DNA from: an uncultured Gemmatimonadaceae bacterium
Lineage (GTDB): Bacteria; Gemmatimonadota; Gemmatimonadetes; Gemmatimonadales; Gemmatimonadaceae
Reading direction: 5' to 3'
Assembly: GCA_963761305.1 (NCBI GenBank)
Contig: CAVXGK010000001.1
Location: 928,001-992,000 of the forward strand
DNA length: 64,000 nucleotides
In this document: in pieces, positions 20,558 to 30,300 of the stretch
Numbering within the stretch: the stretch's first letter is position 1
How the letters are laid out: every line of letters starts with the position of its first letter
Notes under the pieces: generated by a model
Databases searched by the model: none
Told to the model about the DNA's origin: nothing
Seen by the model: only the letters and a program-made list of their open reading frames with translations
Program-made: the position numbers and the translations under genes

Positions 20558-21241
20558 TCACGGCGGGATGATGCCGAGCGTCATCAGCGCGAGCATTTTC
20601 TGCATGCGCGCGATCTCGGTCACCTGATCGACGTGGATGTCGTTCGTGAGCTTGAAGACCAGCTCGTCCTGCGCGGCGCCGTTTTGCGAGAGGAGATCCT
20701 CCACCATCGACACGGCGCCCTGGTGGTGCTGGATCATGCCCTTGAGAAAGAGCATGTCGAAGTCGGGGCCGCGCGCGGCGTCGAGCTCCTTGAGCTGCTC
20801 ATCCGACAGCATGCCCGGCATGAGCATTTCGTGCTCCATCCCGTTCATCATCATCTTCATCGGGACGGGCTTGGCCTCGGGCACCGGCTGCCCGCGGTCA
20901 CGCAGCCAGGTTTGCATGATGTTGATCTCGTCCTTCTGCGCGTTGATGATGCGGCTGCACAGCGTCTGCACTTGCGGACCGGCGCCGTGCGACTGCGCCC
21001 AACCGGCCATGAGAATCGCCTGCGAATGGTGCGCGATCATGCCGCGCATGAAGTCGATGTCGGCCCGCGTGTACGGCCGGTTCACACTGTCGGCCTTCGC
21101 CTTGGCCATCGCCGCGACATCGCTCGGTGTCGGCTGGCCTTGCATCGTGGCGACTTGCGCGGCAGCGAGCGGCGCCTGAAGACCGATCGCCGCGAGGCCG
21201 GCGATCAGCGAGACGCGCCGGCGAATGTTGAATGTTGTCAT
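20558..21241 (-). CDS. DUF305 ferritin-like secreted protein
   Basis: ADIDFMRGMIAHHSQAILM and FLKGMIQHHQGAVSM repeats. Confidence 0.9.
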   Translation of the reverse strand: MTTFNIRRRVSLIAGLAAIGLQAPLAAAQVATMQGQPTPSDVAAMAKAKADSVNRPYTRADIDFMRGMIAHHSQAILMAGWAQSHGAGPQVQTLCSRIINAQKDEINIMQTWLRDRGQPVPEAKPVPMKMMMNGMEHEMLMPGMLSDEQLKELDAARGPDFDMLFLKGMIQHHQGAVSMVEDLLSQNGAAQDELVFKLTNDIHVDQVTEIARMQKMLALMTLGIIPP

Positions 21242-21324
21242 CTGTCAGTTCTCCCTGCGACGGACTCCGATATATAGTAGCCGTGCGGGACTCGCGCGCG
21301 AGAGCGGCGATTGGATTCTGAATA

Positions 21325-21372
21325 CAAAGAAGTGCGAGGGACGCGGCGCTCCTGCGCCGCGTCCCCCGCACT
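21325..21372 (-). terminator. Intrinsic terminator
   Basis: GGGACGCGGCGC-TCCT-GCGCCGCGTCCC hairpin, extended by AGTGCG/CGCACT; A-rich left flank gives a U-tract on the minus strand. Confidence 0.7.
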
Positions 21373-21405
21373 CAAATTTTCCTTACAACGACGCCGATTC
21401 GGTGA

Positions 21406-21927
21406 CTACCAGCCCGACTTTTTCGTAATGTCGACGTTGTTGCCGATCACACCGCCGAGAACGCCGCCGACCATCGCGCCGATGAGTCCGCCCTTGACCT
21501 TGTCGCGGCTCGTCGTTGCGCCGAGTACGGCACCTGCCGCCGCGCCGATCGCGGCGTCACGCTGCGTGTGCTTCTCGACGACCACCGGCGGCGCGGCCGG
21601 CGCCGAGCTCGCGGAGCCCGAGGGATAGTATCCCGAGTTGCTCGAGCTCGAGCGGCGCGCGGTGGTACGGCGCGCTGACGAGTAGACCGGCTGTCGCGCG
21701 ACCGTCTGGACCGCGCGCGGCGCGTACTGCGGCGCATTTCGCGGCGCGTTCTGGGGCGCGTAACCCGATTCGTTCGGGTTGAAGTTGGGGTTGAGGCCTT
21801 GGGCCTGCGATGCGAGGGCGAGATCGTTCTTCAGCGCGTCGTCCGCGGAGTTGCCACCGCGGCCGCACGCCGCCGCGAGCACCAGGGTCGTCGCAGACAG
21901 CATCCACGTGGCAGTGCGCATCACCAT
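21406..21927 (-). CDS. Glycine-zipper (YMGG-like) lipoprotein
   Basis: LAAAC lipobox; KHTQRDAAIGAAAGAVLGA...GGLIGAMVGGVLGGVIG; G-rich RBS before ATG 21927. Confidence 0.8.
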   Translation of the reverse strand: MVMRTATWMLSATTLVLAAACGRGGNSADDALKNDLALASQAQGLNPNFNPNESGYAPQNAPRNAPQYAPRAVQTVARQPVYSSARRTTARRSSSSNSGYYPSGSASSAPAAPPVVVEKHTQRDAAIGAAAGAVLGATTSRDKVKGGLIGAMVGGVLGGVIGNNVDITKKSGW

Positions 21928-22268
21928 TCTCCCCCCGAAAATGAAGCCGCGTCGGAACCGCTCGTACCATCCGCCATAGGTATTTGGCACATGCCGTTCC
22001 GCTGTCTAATGTGCCGAATTGCCAGTTGGCCCCTCGATCGACCCCTCCGAGCGTCCCGATTGGAGACACCGCTGTCCACTATAGGGATCGCTTGGCGCGA
22101 TGGATCACCCGTCGCGGCCACCGTCCTCAGCCGCGTCTCTCCTCGGTTGGCGATTCTCTCCCCGGCTCGTCTTTCTGGCGTTCCTCATTGTTCGTTGGCT
22201 TCGTTTCTTGTTAGCTTCGCTGTTCGTGGGTTTGGTGTTGGTCACCTTTCGCACTCCGGAGTCTCATC

Positions 22269-22868
22269 ATGAGTGTCGTTTCGAGGCTCACCGCGCCGCT
22301 CGTTTCTGCGTTGGCGCTCGCCGCGGTCTCCGCGTCGGCTCAGCAGCCCGCGGCGCCGCAGCCCGGCGGTGCGGCGTCGGCCCCCACGGTCGGCCAGACC
22401 GCTCCGGAGTTCACGCTTCCCGGCGCGACGCGGTTCGGGGTGTTGAAGGAGCCCGTACGCCTCGCGGATTACCACGGCCAGATCGTCGTCCTGGCCTTCT
22501 TCCCGAAAGCACGGACAAAAGGCTGAACGATCCAAATGGAGGCGTACCGTGATCAGTACGCCACGCTCTTCAACGCCGGCAAAAAAGTCGTCGTGATCGG
22601 CATCAGCACCGACGCCGATACCACCCAAGCGAATTGGGCGCACGACTCCGGTTTCCCGAATCTGTTCGCGAGCGATCCCGATCAGACGGTGGCCAAGCTC
22701 TATGGTTCAGCCGACACCAAGTTCGACACGCGGAACGTGTTCGTCGTCGGGCCGGACGGCAAAATCGTCGCGCGCATGATGAAGTTCAACGTGCTCGCCG
22801 GAGACGCATACACCGAACTGGGAGCCGACGTCGCGGCAGCGCTGAAGACGTTGGGGCCATCGCACTAG
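22269..22868 (+). CDS. Selenocysteine-containing peroxiredoxin (AhpC/TSA, BCP/PrxQ-like) with signal peptide; TGA 22524-22526 read as Sec
   Basis: ORFs 22269..22526 and 22536..22868 share a frame; LAFFPKARTKG-TGA-TIQMEAYRD matches the Prx PxxxTxxC motif; downstream hairpin. Confidence 0.88.
22541..22562 (+). promoter_or_regulatory. Candidate bacterial SECIS hairpin
   Basis: GGCGTAC-CGTGATCA-GTACGCC, starting 15 nt after the UGA. Confidence 0.7.
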
Positions 22869-22869
22869 C

Positions 22870-24210
22870 GTGACCGCACTCGACGCGCCGGCCGCCGCTG
22901 GCCGCGCACTCGCATTAGAGTTGTATGATGCAGCCGTCGCGGCAGCCGCCCCCGGTCCGGCGACGGCGCGCGCGGTCGACGCGCTGGCGATCGACCGCGC
23001 CGCGCGCCTCTGGATCTTCGCGTTCGGCAAAGCGGCTCAGCCGATGGCCGCCGCCGCGGTCACCTCGACGCTGCGCTCGCTCCATTCGATCGTCGGCGGA
23101 CTGATCGTCGCGGCGGACGACGGGCCGTCTCCCTATCCGACGATCCTCTCGATGCGCGGCGATCACCCGCTGCCAGGACGCCACTCGTTCGACGCCGCGG
23201 CCAGGATCGCCGACGTCGCGTCCGGCCGCCGCGGATCGGACGTGGCGATCGTGCTGCTGTCCGGCGGCGCGTCGAGCTTGATCGGCGCGCCGGTCCGCGC
23301 CATCACCGAATCGGATTTCGTCGTTCTGCAGGAGCTGTTGCTCGGCTCCGGCCTCGACATCACGGCGACGAACATGGTGCGCAAGCGGTTCGCGCGCTGG
23401 GGCGCCGGCCGCCTCGCACTCGCGCTGGCGCCGGCCACGACGCACTGCCTTGCCATTTCCGACGTCCCCAACGACGACATGAGCGTCATCGGCAGCGGCC
23501 CGTGCATGCCGGATGGATCGACCGTCGCCGACGTGAACAAGCTGCTTCAACGCAGCAATCTCCTCACGCGATTGCCCGCGCCCTGTCGGGACTATCTCGC
23601 CGGCGTGTCTCGCGGTACGGTTCCCGAGACGCCCGCGAAGTCGCACCCCGCCTTCGCGCACATTTCGGGACGCGTCATCGGCAACAACCGTCTCGCGCTC
23701 GAAGGCGTTGCGTCGACGGCGGCCGATCACCGGCTGGCGGCGACGATCGCGCCGGAGCGACTCGACGGCGAAGCGGCGCGCGCCGGTGAAACGATCGCGC
23801 GCACGCTGCTCGCCGCCGTCGCGCAGGGCGCGACCAACGCGTGTTTCGCCTGGGGTGGCGAGACGACCGTCACGCTCAGCGCGTCCAACGGCGGCGGCAC
23901 CGCCGGCGGTGGACGATGTCAGGAGCTCGCGTTGGCCGCGGCCCGCGTGCTTCACCAAAGCGGCGCCGATGCCAACGGCATCGCGCTGCTCGCCGCCGGC
24001 ACCGACGGACGCGACGGCGCCACCGACGCGGCCGGCGCGATCGTCGACCAGACCACCTGGAGCGCGGCGGCGGACGGCGGCCGCGATCCGGCCGGTGCGC
24101 TCTCCACGCACGAGTCGTACAAGGCGCTGCGCGCGGCCAACGCCCTCATCCCGCGGCGCGACACCGGCACCAATGTCAACGACGTCGTCATCGGCGTGAT
24201 CCTGCGCTGA
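22870..24210 (+). CDS. Glycerate kinase type 2 (DUF4147/MOFRL)
   Basis: FGKAA, DHPLP, LSGGASSL, ISDVP..D..VIGSGP, GGETTV, GGGRCQEL, GTDGRDG, TGTNVND. Confidence 0.92.
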   Translation: MTALDAPAAAGRALALELYDAAVAAAAPGPATARAVDALAIDRAARLWIFAFGKAAQPMAAAAVTSTLRSLHSIVGGLIVAADDGPSPYPTILSMRGDHPLPGRHSFDAAARIADVASGRRGSDVAIVLLSGGASSLIGAPVRAITESDFVVLQELLLGSGLDITATNMVRKRFARWGAGRLALALAPATTHCLAISDVPNDDMSVIGSGPCMPDGSTVADVNKLLQRSNLLTRLPAPCRDYLAGVSRGTVPETPAKSHPAFAHISGRVIGNNRLALEGVASTAADHRLAATIAPERLDGEAARAGETIARTLLAAVAQGATNACFAWGGETTVTLSASNGGGTAGGGRCQELALAAARVLHQSGADANGIALLAAGTDGRDGATDAAGAIVDQTTWSAAADGGRDPAGALSTHESYKALRAANALIPRRDTGTNVNDVVIGVILR

Positions 24211-24224
24211 CTAGTTTTCGGCGC

Positions 24225-25145
24225 ATGACCGCGCCCTTCACAGTGGGGATCATTCAGGACGACGCCACCGCCGACGCGACGAGGAACGTCGCGGCGACGA
24301 TCGAGCGCATTCGCGGCGCCGCGGCGCGCGGCGCCCAGATCGTCTGCCTGAAGGAGCTCTTCAACGCGCCGTATTTCTGCAAGGCGGAGAGCGCCGAGCG
24401 CTTTGACCTCGCCGAACCGATCCCGGGCCCGACGACGGAGCGCATGCAGGCGCTCGCCAAGGAGCTCGCGATCGTCCTGATCGTTCCGCTGTTCGAGAAG
24501 CAGGCGCGCGGCGTCTACCGCAACTCGGCGGCGGTCATCGACGCCGACGGGTCGCTGCTCGGCGTGTATCGCAAGATGCACATCCCCGACGATCCGCTCT
24601 TTTACGAGAAGTACTATTTCACGCCGGGCGACGCGGCCGCCGACGCCGCGATGCGCGTGTCCGCGCAAGCGAACGGATTCCGCGTGTGGAAGACCCGGTA
24701 CGCGACGATCGGCGTGTTGATCTGCTGGGACCAGTGGTTTCCCGAGGCGGCGCGGATCACGTCGCTCCTCGGCGCCGACATCCTGCTCTATCCGACGGCG
24801 ATCGGCTGGCATCCATCGGAGAAGGCCGAATTCGGAAACGCGCAGGTGGACGCGTGGCGCACCGCGCAGCGCGCGCACGCCATCGCCAACGGCGTGTTCG
24901 TCGCGGCGCCGAATCGCGTGGGACACGAGGACGAGCCCGGGACCAAAGGACTCGAGTTCTTCGGCCACTCGTTCGTCGCCGATCCGTTCGGCCGTCTCAT
25001 CGCCGAGGCGGGCACGGAGCCGGAGACGCTCGTCGCGACGTGCGATCCGCGGCTGATCGAGGAGACGCGTCGCAACTGGCCGTTCCTCCGCGACCGGCGC
25101 ATCGACGCGTACGCACCGATTCTCAGCCGCTACATCGGCAGCTGA
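24225..25145 (+). CDS. aguB: N-carbamoylputrescine amidase (nitrilase/CN-hydrolase)
   Basis: CLKELF, YRKMHIPDDPLFYEKYYF, LICWDQWFPE triad; adjacent to agmatine deiminase. Confidence 0.88.
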   Translation: MTAPFTVGIIQDDATADATRNVAATIERIRGAAARGAQIVCLKELFNAPYFCKAESAERFDLAEPIPGPTTERMQALAKELAIVLIVPLFEKQARGVYRNSAAVIDADGSLLGVYRKMHIPDDPLFYEKYYFTPGDAAADAAMRVSAQANGFRVWKTRYATIGVLICWDQWFPEAARITSLLGADILLYPTAIGWHPSEKAEFGNAQVDAWRTAQRAHAIANGVFVAAPNRVGHEDEPGTKGLEFFGHSFVADPFGRLIAEAGTEPETLVATCDPRLIEETRRNWPFLRDRRIDAYAPILSRYIGS

Positions 25146-25170
25146 GCCGTCACGGATCGCCAATTCTCGA

Positions 25171-26211
25171 ATGACGGTTCGGTTTCCGGGCGAATTCGGG
25201 CCGCACGCGGCGACATGGATCGCGTGGCCGCACCACGAGCCCGACTGGCCCGGCAAGATCGAGCCCATCGCGTGGGTCTACGCCGAGATCGTGCGCGCGC
25301 TCGCCAAACACGAGCCCGTGGAGATCCTTTGCCAGAGCGAGGACGTGCGCGAATCAGCGCGCCAAGCGATCGAAGCGCACGGCACGCGCGACAATTATCG
25401 CTTGCACGTCCTGCCGACCGACCGGGTGTGGCTCCGTGATTCTGGCCCGACGGGCGTCGTGGATGAGGCCGGGCGCGTCCGCCTGGTGAACTGGGCGTTC
25501 AATGCCTGGGCGAAGTACGACAATTATGAGTTGGATTCGCGAGTTGGCGAGGCAGTCGCCCGCATCACCGGACTTCCACGCGATGAGCCGAAACGCCCCG
25601 ACACCGGCGGCCGCGTCGTGCTCGAAGGCGGCGGGATCGACACCGATGGCGAGGGCACACTCCTCGTCACCGAGGAATGGCTGCTCTCGGACCTACAGGT
25701 GCGAAACCCCGGACTCACGCGCGAAGGCTACGAGCGGGTCTTTCGCGACGCGCTCGGCATTCGCCAGACGATCTGGCTCGGCGAAGGCTGCGTCGGCGAC
25801 GACACGCACGGCCACGTCGACGACGTCGCCCGGTTCACCGCGCCGGGCGTGATCGCACTCGCCTACGAGCCCGATCCCGCCGACGCCGAGAATCACCGCC
25901 GGTCGGCCGACAATCTCGATCGCCTTCGCCTGGCGGGATTCGATGGCGGGCGACTACGAGTCGTGACGCTTCCCTATCCCCGGCCAATCACGATGAACGG
26001 CGAGCGATTGCCGGCGAGTTACGCGAATTTCTACGTCGCCAACGGCGTCGTGATCGCTCCCACGTTCAACGACCCCAACGACCGCGTCGCGCTGAACACG
26101 CTGGCCGAGCTTTTTCCCGGCCGCGAGGTCGTCGGGATCCACGCCGTGGATCTCGTCTGGGGACTCGGCACGCTTCACTGCTTGACCCAGCAACAGCCGC
26201 GGGGGCGGTAA
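25171..26211 (+). CDS. aguA: Agmatine deiminase-family protein
   Basis: WLRDSGP, LEGGGIDTDG, DDTHGHVDD, ASYANFY, GLGTLHCLTQQQP. Confidence 0.92.
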   Translation: MTVRFPGEFGPHAATWIAWPHHEPDWPGKIEPIAWVYAEIVRALAKHEPVEILCQSEDVRESARQAIEAHGTRDNYRLHVLPTDRVWLRDSGPTGVVDEAGRVRLVNWAFNAWAKYDNYELDSRVGEAVARITGLPRDEPKRPDTGGRVVLEGGGIDTDGEGTLLVTEEWLLSDLQVRNPGLTREGYERVFRDALGIRQTIWLGEGCVGDDTHGHVDDVARFTAPGVIALAYEPDPADAENHRRSADNLDRLRLAGFDGGRLRVVTLPYPRPITMNGERLPASYANFYVANGVVIAPTFNDPNDRVALNTLAELFPGREVVGIHAVDLVWGLGTLHCLTQQQPRGR

Positions 26212-26218
26212 GAGTCCC

Positions 26219-27304
26219 CTACTTCGTCTCCGCGTCCCGCATCTTGTACGCCTTGAGCTTTCTCGCAAGCGTCGGGCGGGAGATGCAGAGGATGCGCGCG
26301 GCCGCGCTCTGATTGTTCTGCGTCAGGCGAAGCGTGAGCTCCAGCGCCTCGCGCTCGATGTCGCGCAGACGCTTGCCTTCGCCCGGAATGCGGATGTCGC
26401 CGAAGCTGACGGTGCCGTGGAGCGCGCTGGCGCCCGCACGCTGCTGGTTGATCATCAGGTGCTCGGCACCGATGACCGGGCCGTTGGCGGCGTTCGCCGC
26501 CTTGTCGATCACGTACTTCAATTCGCGCACGTTGCCGGGCCAGCGATGCGAGCGCAGCACGGCGAGCGCGTCGAGCCCGATCTGGCGGCGAGACTCGCCG
26601 CGAGCGCGTTGATTCGTCGACAGGAAGTGATCCGCGATCAGCCGCACGTCGTCGTCGCGCTCACGGAGCGGGGGCAGCTCGATGCGAAGCACGGCGAGAC
26701 GTGCGGCAAGATCGTCGCGGAACGTACCCGCGGAAACCGCTTCTTCGAGCCGCGTTCTGGTCGCCGCGATGACGCGGCAGTGAACCGGCGTGTCGTTGGG
26801 TGAACCAGTGCCGAGTCGGGGAACGCCGTACTCCTCGAGCGAGCGAGTGAGGCGGTCCTGCAGCGCGAGCGGCAGCTCGGCGACGTCGTCGAGATACACC
26901 GTGCCGCGTCCGGCCAGCTCCAGCGCGCCGGCGCGTCGCGACGCATCGCGGTGGGCCGGGTCGGAGCCGAACAGCTCGATCTCGAGCATCGATGCCGGCA
27001 GCGCCGAACAATTGATGGCGATGAACGGTTCGTTGGCGCCCGCGCCCGCGCTGTGAATGCAGCGCGCGAGCAGGTCCTTGCCGGTTCCCGCTTCGCCGTA
27101 GAGCAGCAATGCGCGCACCGGAGTGCCGGCGACGCGATGGGCCGTTTGAATGGTCTGACGCATGACGGCACTGCCCGCGATCACGGATCCGAATTCGAAT
27201 CCGGCGTCGCGGGTGCCGATTGGCCGCCGAGGTGAGGGCGCTGTCACAGGGTCCATCCGAAGAAGTGGCTTTGGTCGTTCACGCGAGGAAGTCTCCGAGT
27301 CCAT
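26219..27304 (-). CDS. Atypical NtrC-like AAA+/Fis-HTH regulator lacking GAFTGA and any N-terminal sensor domain
   Basis: GEAGTGKD, INCSALP..LEIELFG, WPGNVREL, NQSAAARILCISRPTLARKL; loop 1 reads SDPAHRDA. Confidence 0.85.
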   Translation of the reverse strand: MDSETSSRERPKPLLRMDPVTAPSPRRPIGTRDAGFEFGSVIAGSAVMRQTIQTAHRVAGTPVRALLLYGEAGTGKDLLARCIHSAGAGANEPFIAINCSALPASMLEIELFGSDPAHRDASRRAGALELAGRGTVYLDDVAELPLALQDRLTRSLEEYGVPRLGTGSPNDTPVHCRVIAATRTRLEEAVSAGTFRDDLAARLAVLRIELPPLRERDDDVRLIADHFLSTNQRARGESRRQIGLDALAVLRSHRWPGNVRELKYVIDKAANAANGPVIGAEHLMINQQRAGASALHGTVSFGDIRIPGEGKRLRDIEREALELTLRLTQNNQSAAARILCISRPTLARKLKAYKMRDAETK

Positions 27305-27373
27305 TTACCAGCGCTATCTCCCCGAGTATCGGCCTGCCCCCGCGAAATCCGTAGTCCGTGACATTCGCGCCGA

Positions 27374-30300
27374 CTAGGCGGCGAGGGTCGCCAACAGGCT
27401 CATTCGTACGTTGGTGAGGCGTTGAACCGCGCCGGTGAGGCCGAACGCCTGGACCTCGGGAACGAGGCGATCGATAAGCGCGACCAACGGCGCCTCCGCT
27501 GAGCGCAGGGACGGCGCGCACTCGGCGACGAGGTACGCAGCCAGATACATGTCGTGCCGCCCCGCGAGGTCCACCGCCTCGGCGAGAAGGCGCATGGCAT
27601 GCGCGTCGTCGTTGCGCTCCGCGGCGAGACGAATCCTCAGCGCGTCGACGAGGTCACGTCCGTGGAACCACCATCCCGGCCGCGTTTCGACGTTCGCGCG
27701 GATCCACCGCATCGCGTCTTCACCGACCGACCGCGCGCCGACCGCCAGCGCGGCCAACGCCTGACCGGCGCGTGCGCCTAGCTCCATATCCGGCTGGCCG
27801 ATCCGCGCGGCGACCGCCATGACCTGCTCGTAGAGCGCCGACGCCGTGGTCCAATCCTCGGCTTCCCGGGCGAGGTGCGCCATGTTGAACAACGTCAACA
27901 GCCGGTCCGACTCGTTCGACGATTCGGAGAAGCGCTCGAGCGCGTCGTCATAGCATTCGCCGGCCGCCGCGAGCTGTCCGCGGCGCAAATGCAGCAGTCC
28001 GAGGTTGAGCGATGCGAGGCCGGCGAGATCGACCGCCTGCGCGGATTGCGCCGTCTCCAGCGCCTGATCGTACGCCGCCGCCGCCGCGGCCATGTCGCCG
28101 GCGCGCTGGTGGATCCTGCCGATGTGGATCTGGCAGCGCGCTTCACCGCTGCGATCGCCGGCCGCATGGAACAGCGCGACCGCGCGACCGAAGAACTGCT
28201 GCGCGTCGGACGCGTTGTCCTCCATGATCGCGCTGCCGAGCCGCGTGAGCGATTCGGCAAGGAGACGCGGATCGTTCGCCGACTGCGCCGCCGTCACCGC
28301 TTCGCGCGCGACCCGTTCCGCGATCGCGCTCTCGCCGAGTCGATCCTGGCACTGCGAGATCATGGTGAGCAGCGCCGACTCCTCGGCGCGATCGCCCAGC
28401 GCGCGCGCCTTGTCCAGCAGCTCGGTGCAGACGGCGATCGTCGCTCGCGCCGGACGTCCTTGCAGAGAGCGCGTCCGCTCGCGCATGCGGCGAAGCGCGA
28501 GCACGGTGTGGTCGTCCGCGCTGCCCGCCAGCGCGGCGAGCGCGCGGTCGCAGAGCTCCTCCGTCAGCGCGTGACGACCTTCGAGCTCCGACACCTCGGC
28601 CAGCCCGAGCAGCGCGCTCGCGCGTTCGCCCGGCGTGACGGCCGCGCGTTCGGCGATCTCGAAGAAACGGCGCGCTTCGGATTGTCCGTACATGGCGAGC
28701 GCTTCGCGGCCGGCGATCATCGCGTGCGGATACGCTTTGCGCGGCAGGCCGGCGTGCTCGTAATGCACGGCGATGGCCGACGCGCGCTCCGGATTGCTCT
28801 GTTCCATCGCGGCGCCGACGCGTTCGTTGATGCGCGCGAGCCGGCGCGGATTGATCGACCGTCGCACCGCGTCGACGAGGAGGCCGTGGGTGAACTCGAA
28901 TTCGGATCCGCTCGAGTCGATCGCGTGGAGGACGGCGTGCTCGATGCCCTCGTCGAGCGCGTCGAGCACTTCGTCTTCGGTGCCGGCGCCGGCGGCCACC
29001 GCGAGGTCGATGTCGAACACGCGGCCGATCACGGCGGCGGTGTTGAGGATCGACCGCGCGTCGGGACTGAGCCGGTCGAGGCGCCGGCCCATCAAGTCGC
29101 TCAGCGCCGTCGTCAGCTCGCGCGACGGTTCCGACCACAGACCCCAGCGTCCGTGCTCGAATCGCACGACGCCGGCGTCGATCAGAATGCGCACGACTTG
29201 CGTCGCGAGAAGTGGATTGCCCTCGGAGTATCGCTGCAGAAACGCATCGAGCTCGCGGCTCGCTTCGCCGCCGAACACACCGGCCAGCCACTGGCGCACG
29301 TCGCCGTCCGCCAAACGCGAGACCGGGATCTCGTTGAATCGTTCGTCGCGCAGCAAGCGGTTCCGGCGCTCGAGCGCTTCGCCGCGCATATCCTCGCTGC
29401 GCATCGTGAGGCAGAGGAGCACATGCTCCATCTCGAGTTGCGACATCACGTGCTCGACGACGTCCCACGTCGCCGTGTCGGACCACTGCATGTCGTCGAG
29501 CAGGACGATCACCGGATTCGTCTCCGCGGCGAGCCGCAGATACTCGACGATCTCGTTGAGCAACGCGTAGCGGTTCGGCTCCGGAGCGAGCGAGAGGTGG
29601 GACATCGACGGCACGAGGCGCGGCAGCTCGCGCCAGTCGCGCGCACTGACGATGCCGAGCGATTCGATCGCGGCGATCACTTCGGCCCACGGCGCGTACG
29701 GCGGCTTGTTGCCGGCCTCGCTGCACTGGCCCGACACGAGGCACCCCGCGCGCAAGCGCGCCTCGCTGGCCAGCCGTCGCACGAGCGACGACTTGCCGAC
29801 GCCGGCTTCGCCGACCACCGATACCAGCTGCGGCCCGTTCTCGACCGCCTCGAGAATGCGGAGCAATCGTTTGCTCTCGCTCTCGCGGCCGACGAACTGC
29901 TTGAGGTTGAGCGCCGGCCCCTGCGACGTCTGGTCGCCTTCCACCGCCGACACCACCGTATCGCGACCGCGCCGCTTCGCTTCATACAGCGCGCGATCGG
30001 CGACGGCGAACAGCGCGTCGAAGTCGCGGTGTTCCGAGCGCGCGCCGGCGACGCCGATCGATAGCGTGGCCGAGGTGGACCCCGAGCGTTCGCGCAACGG
30101 AATCGACGTGCGGCGAACCGTGGCGCGAATTCGCTCGGCCAGCTCGCCCGCTTCGTCGATCGCCGCATGCGGCAGCAGAATGACGAATTCGTCGCCCGCG
30201 TATCGCCCGATGATGCCCGACGACGCGGCGAGCTCGCGCAGCGTGCCGGCGATGACGCGCAACACGACGTCGCCCTGGAGATGGCCGTGCTGGTCGTTCA

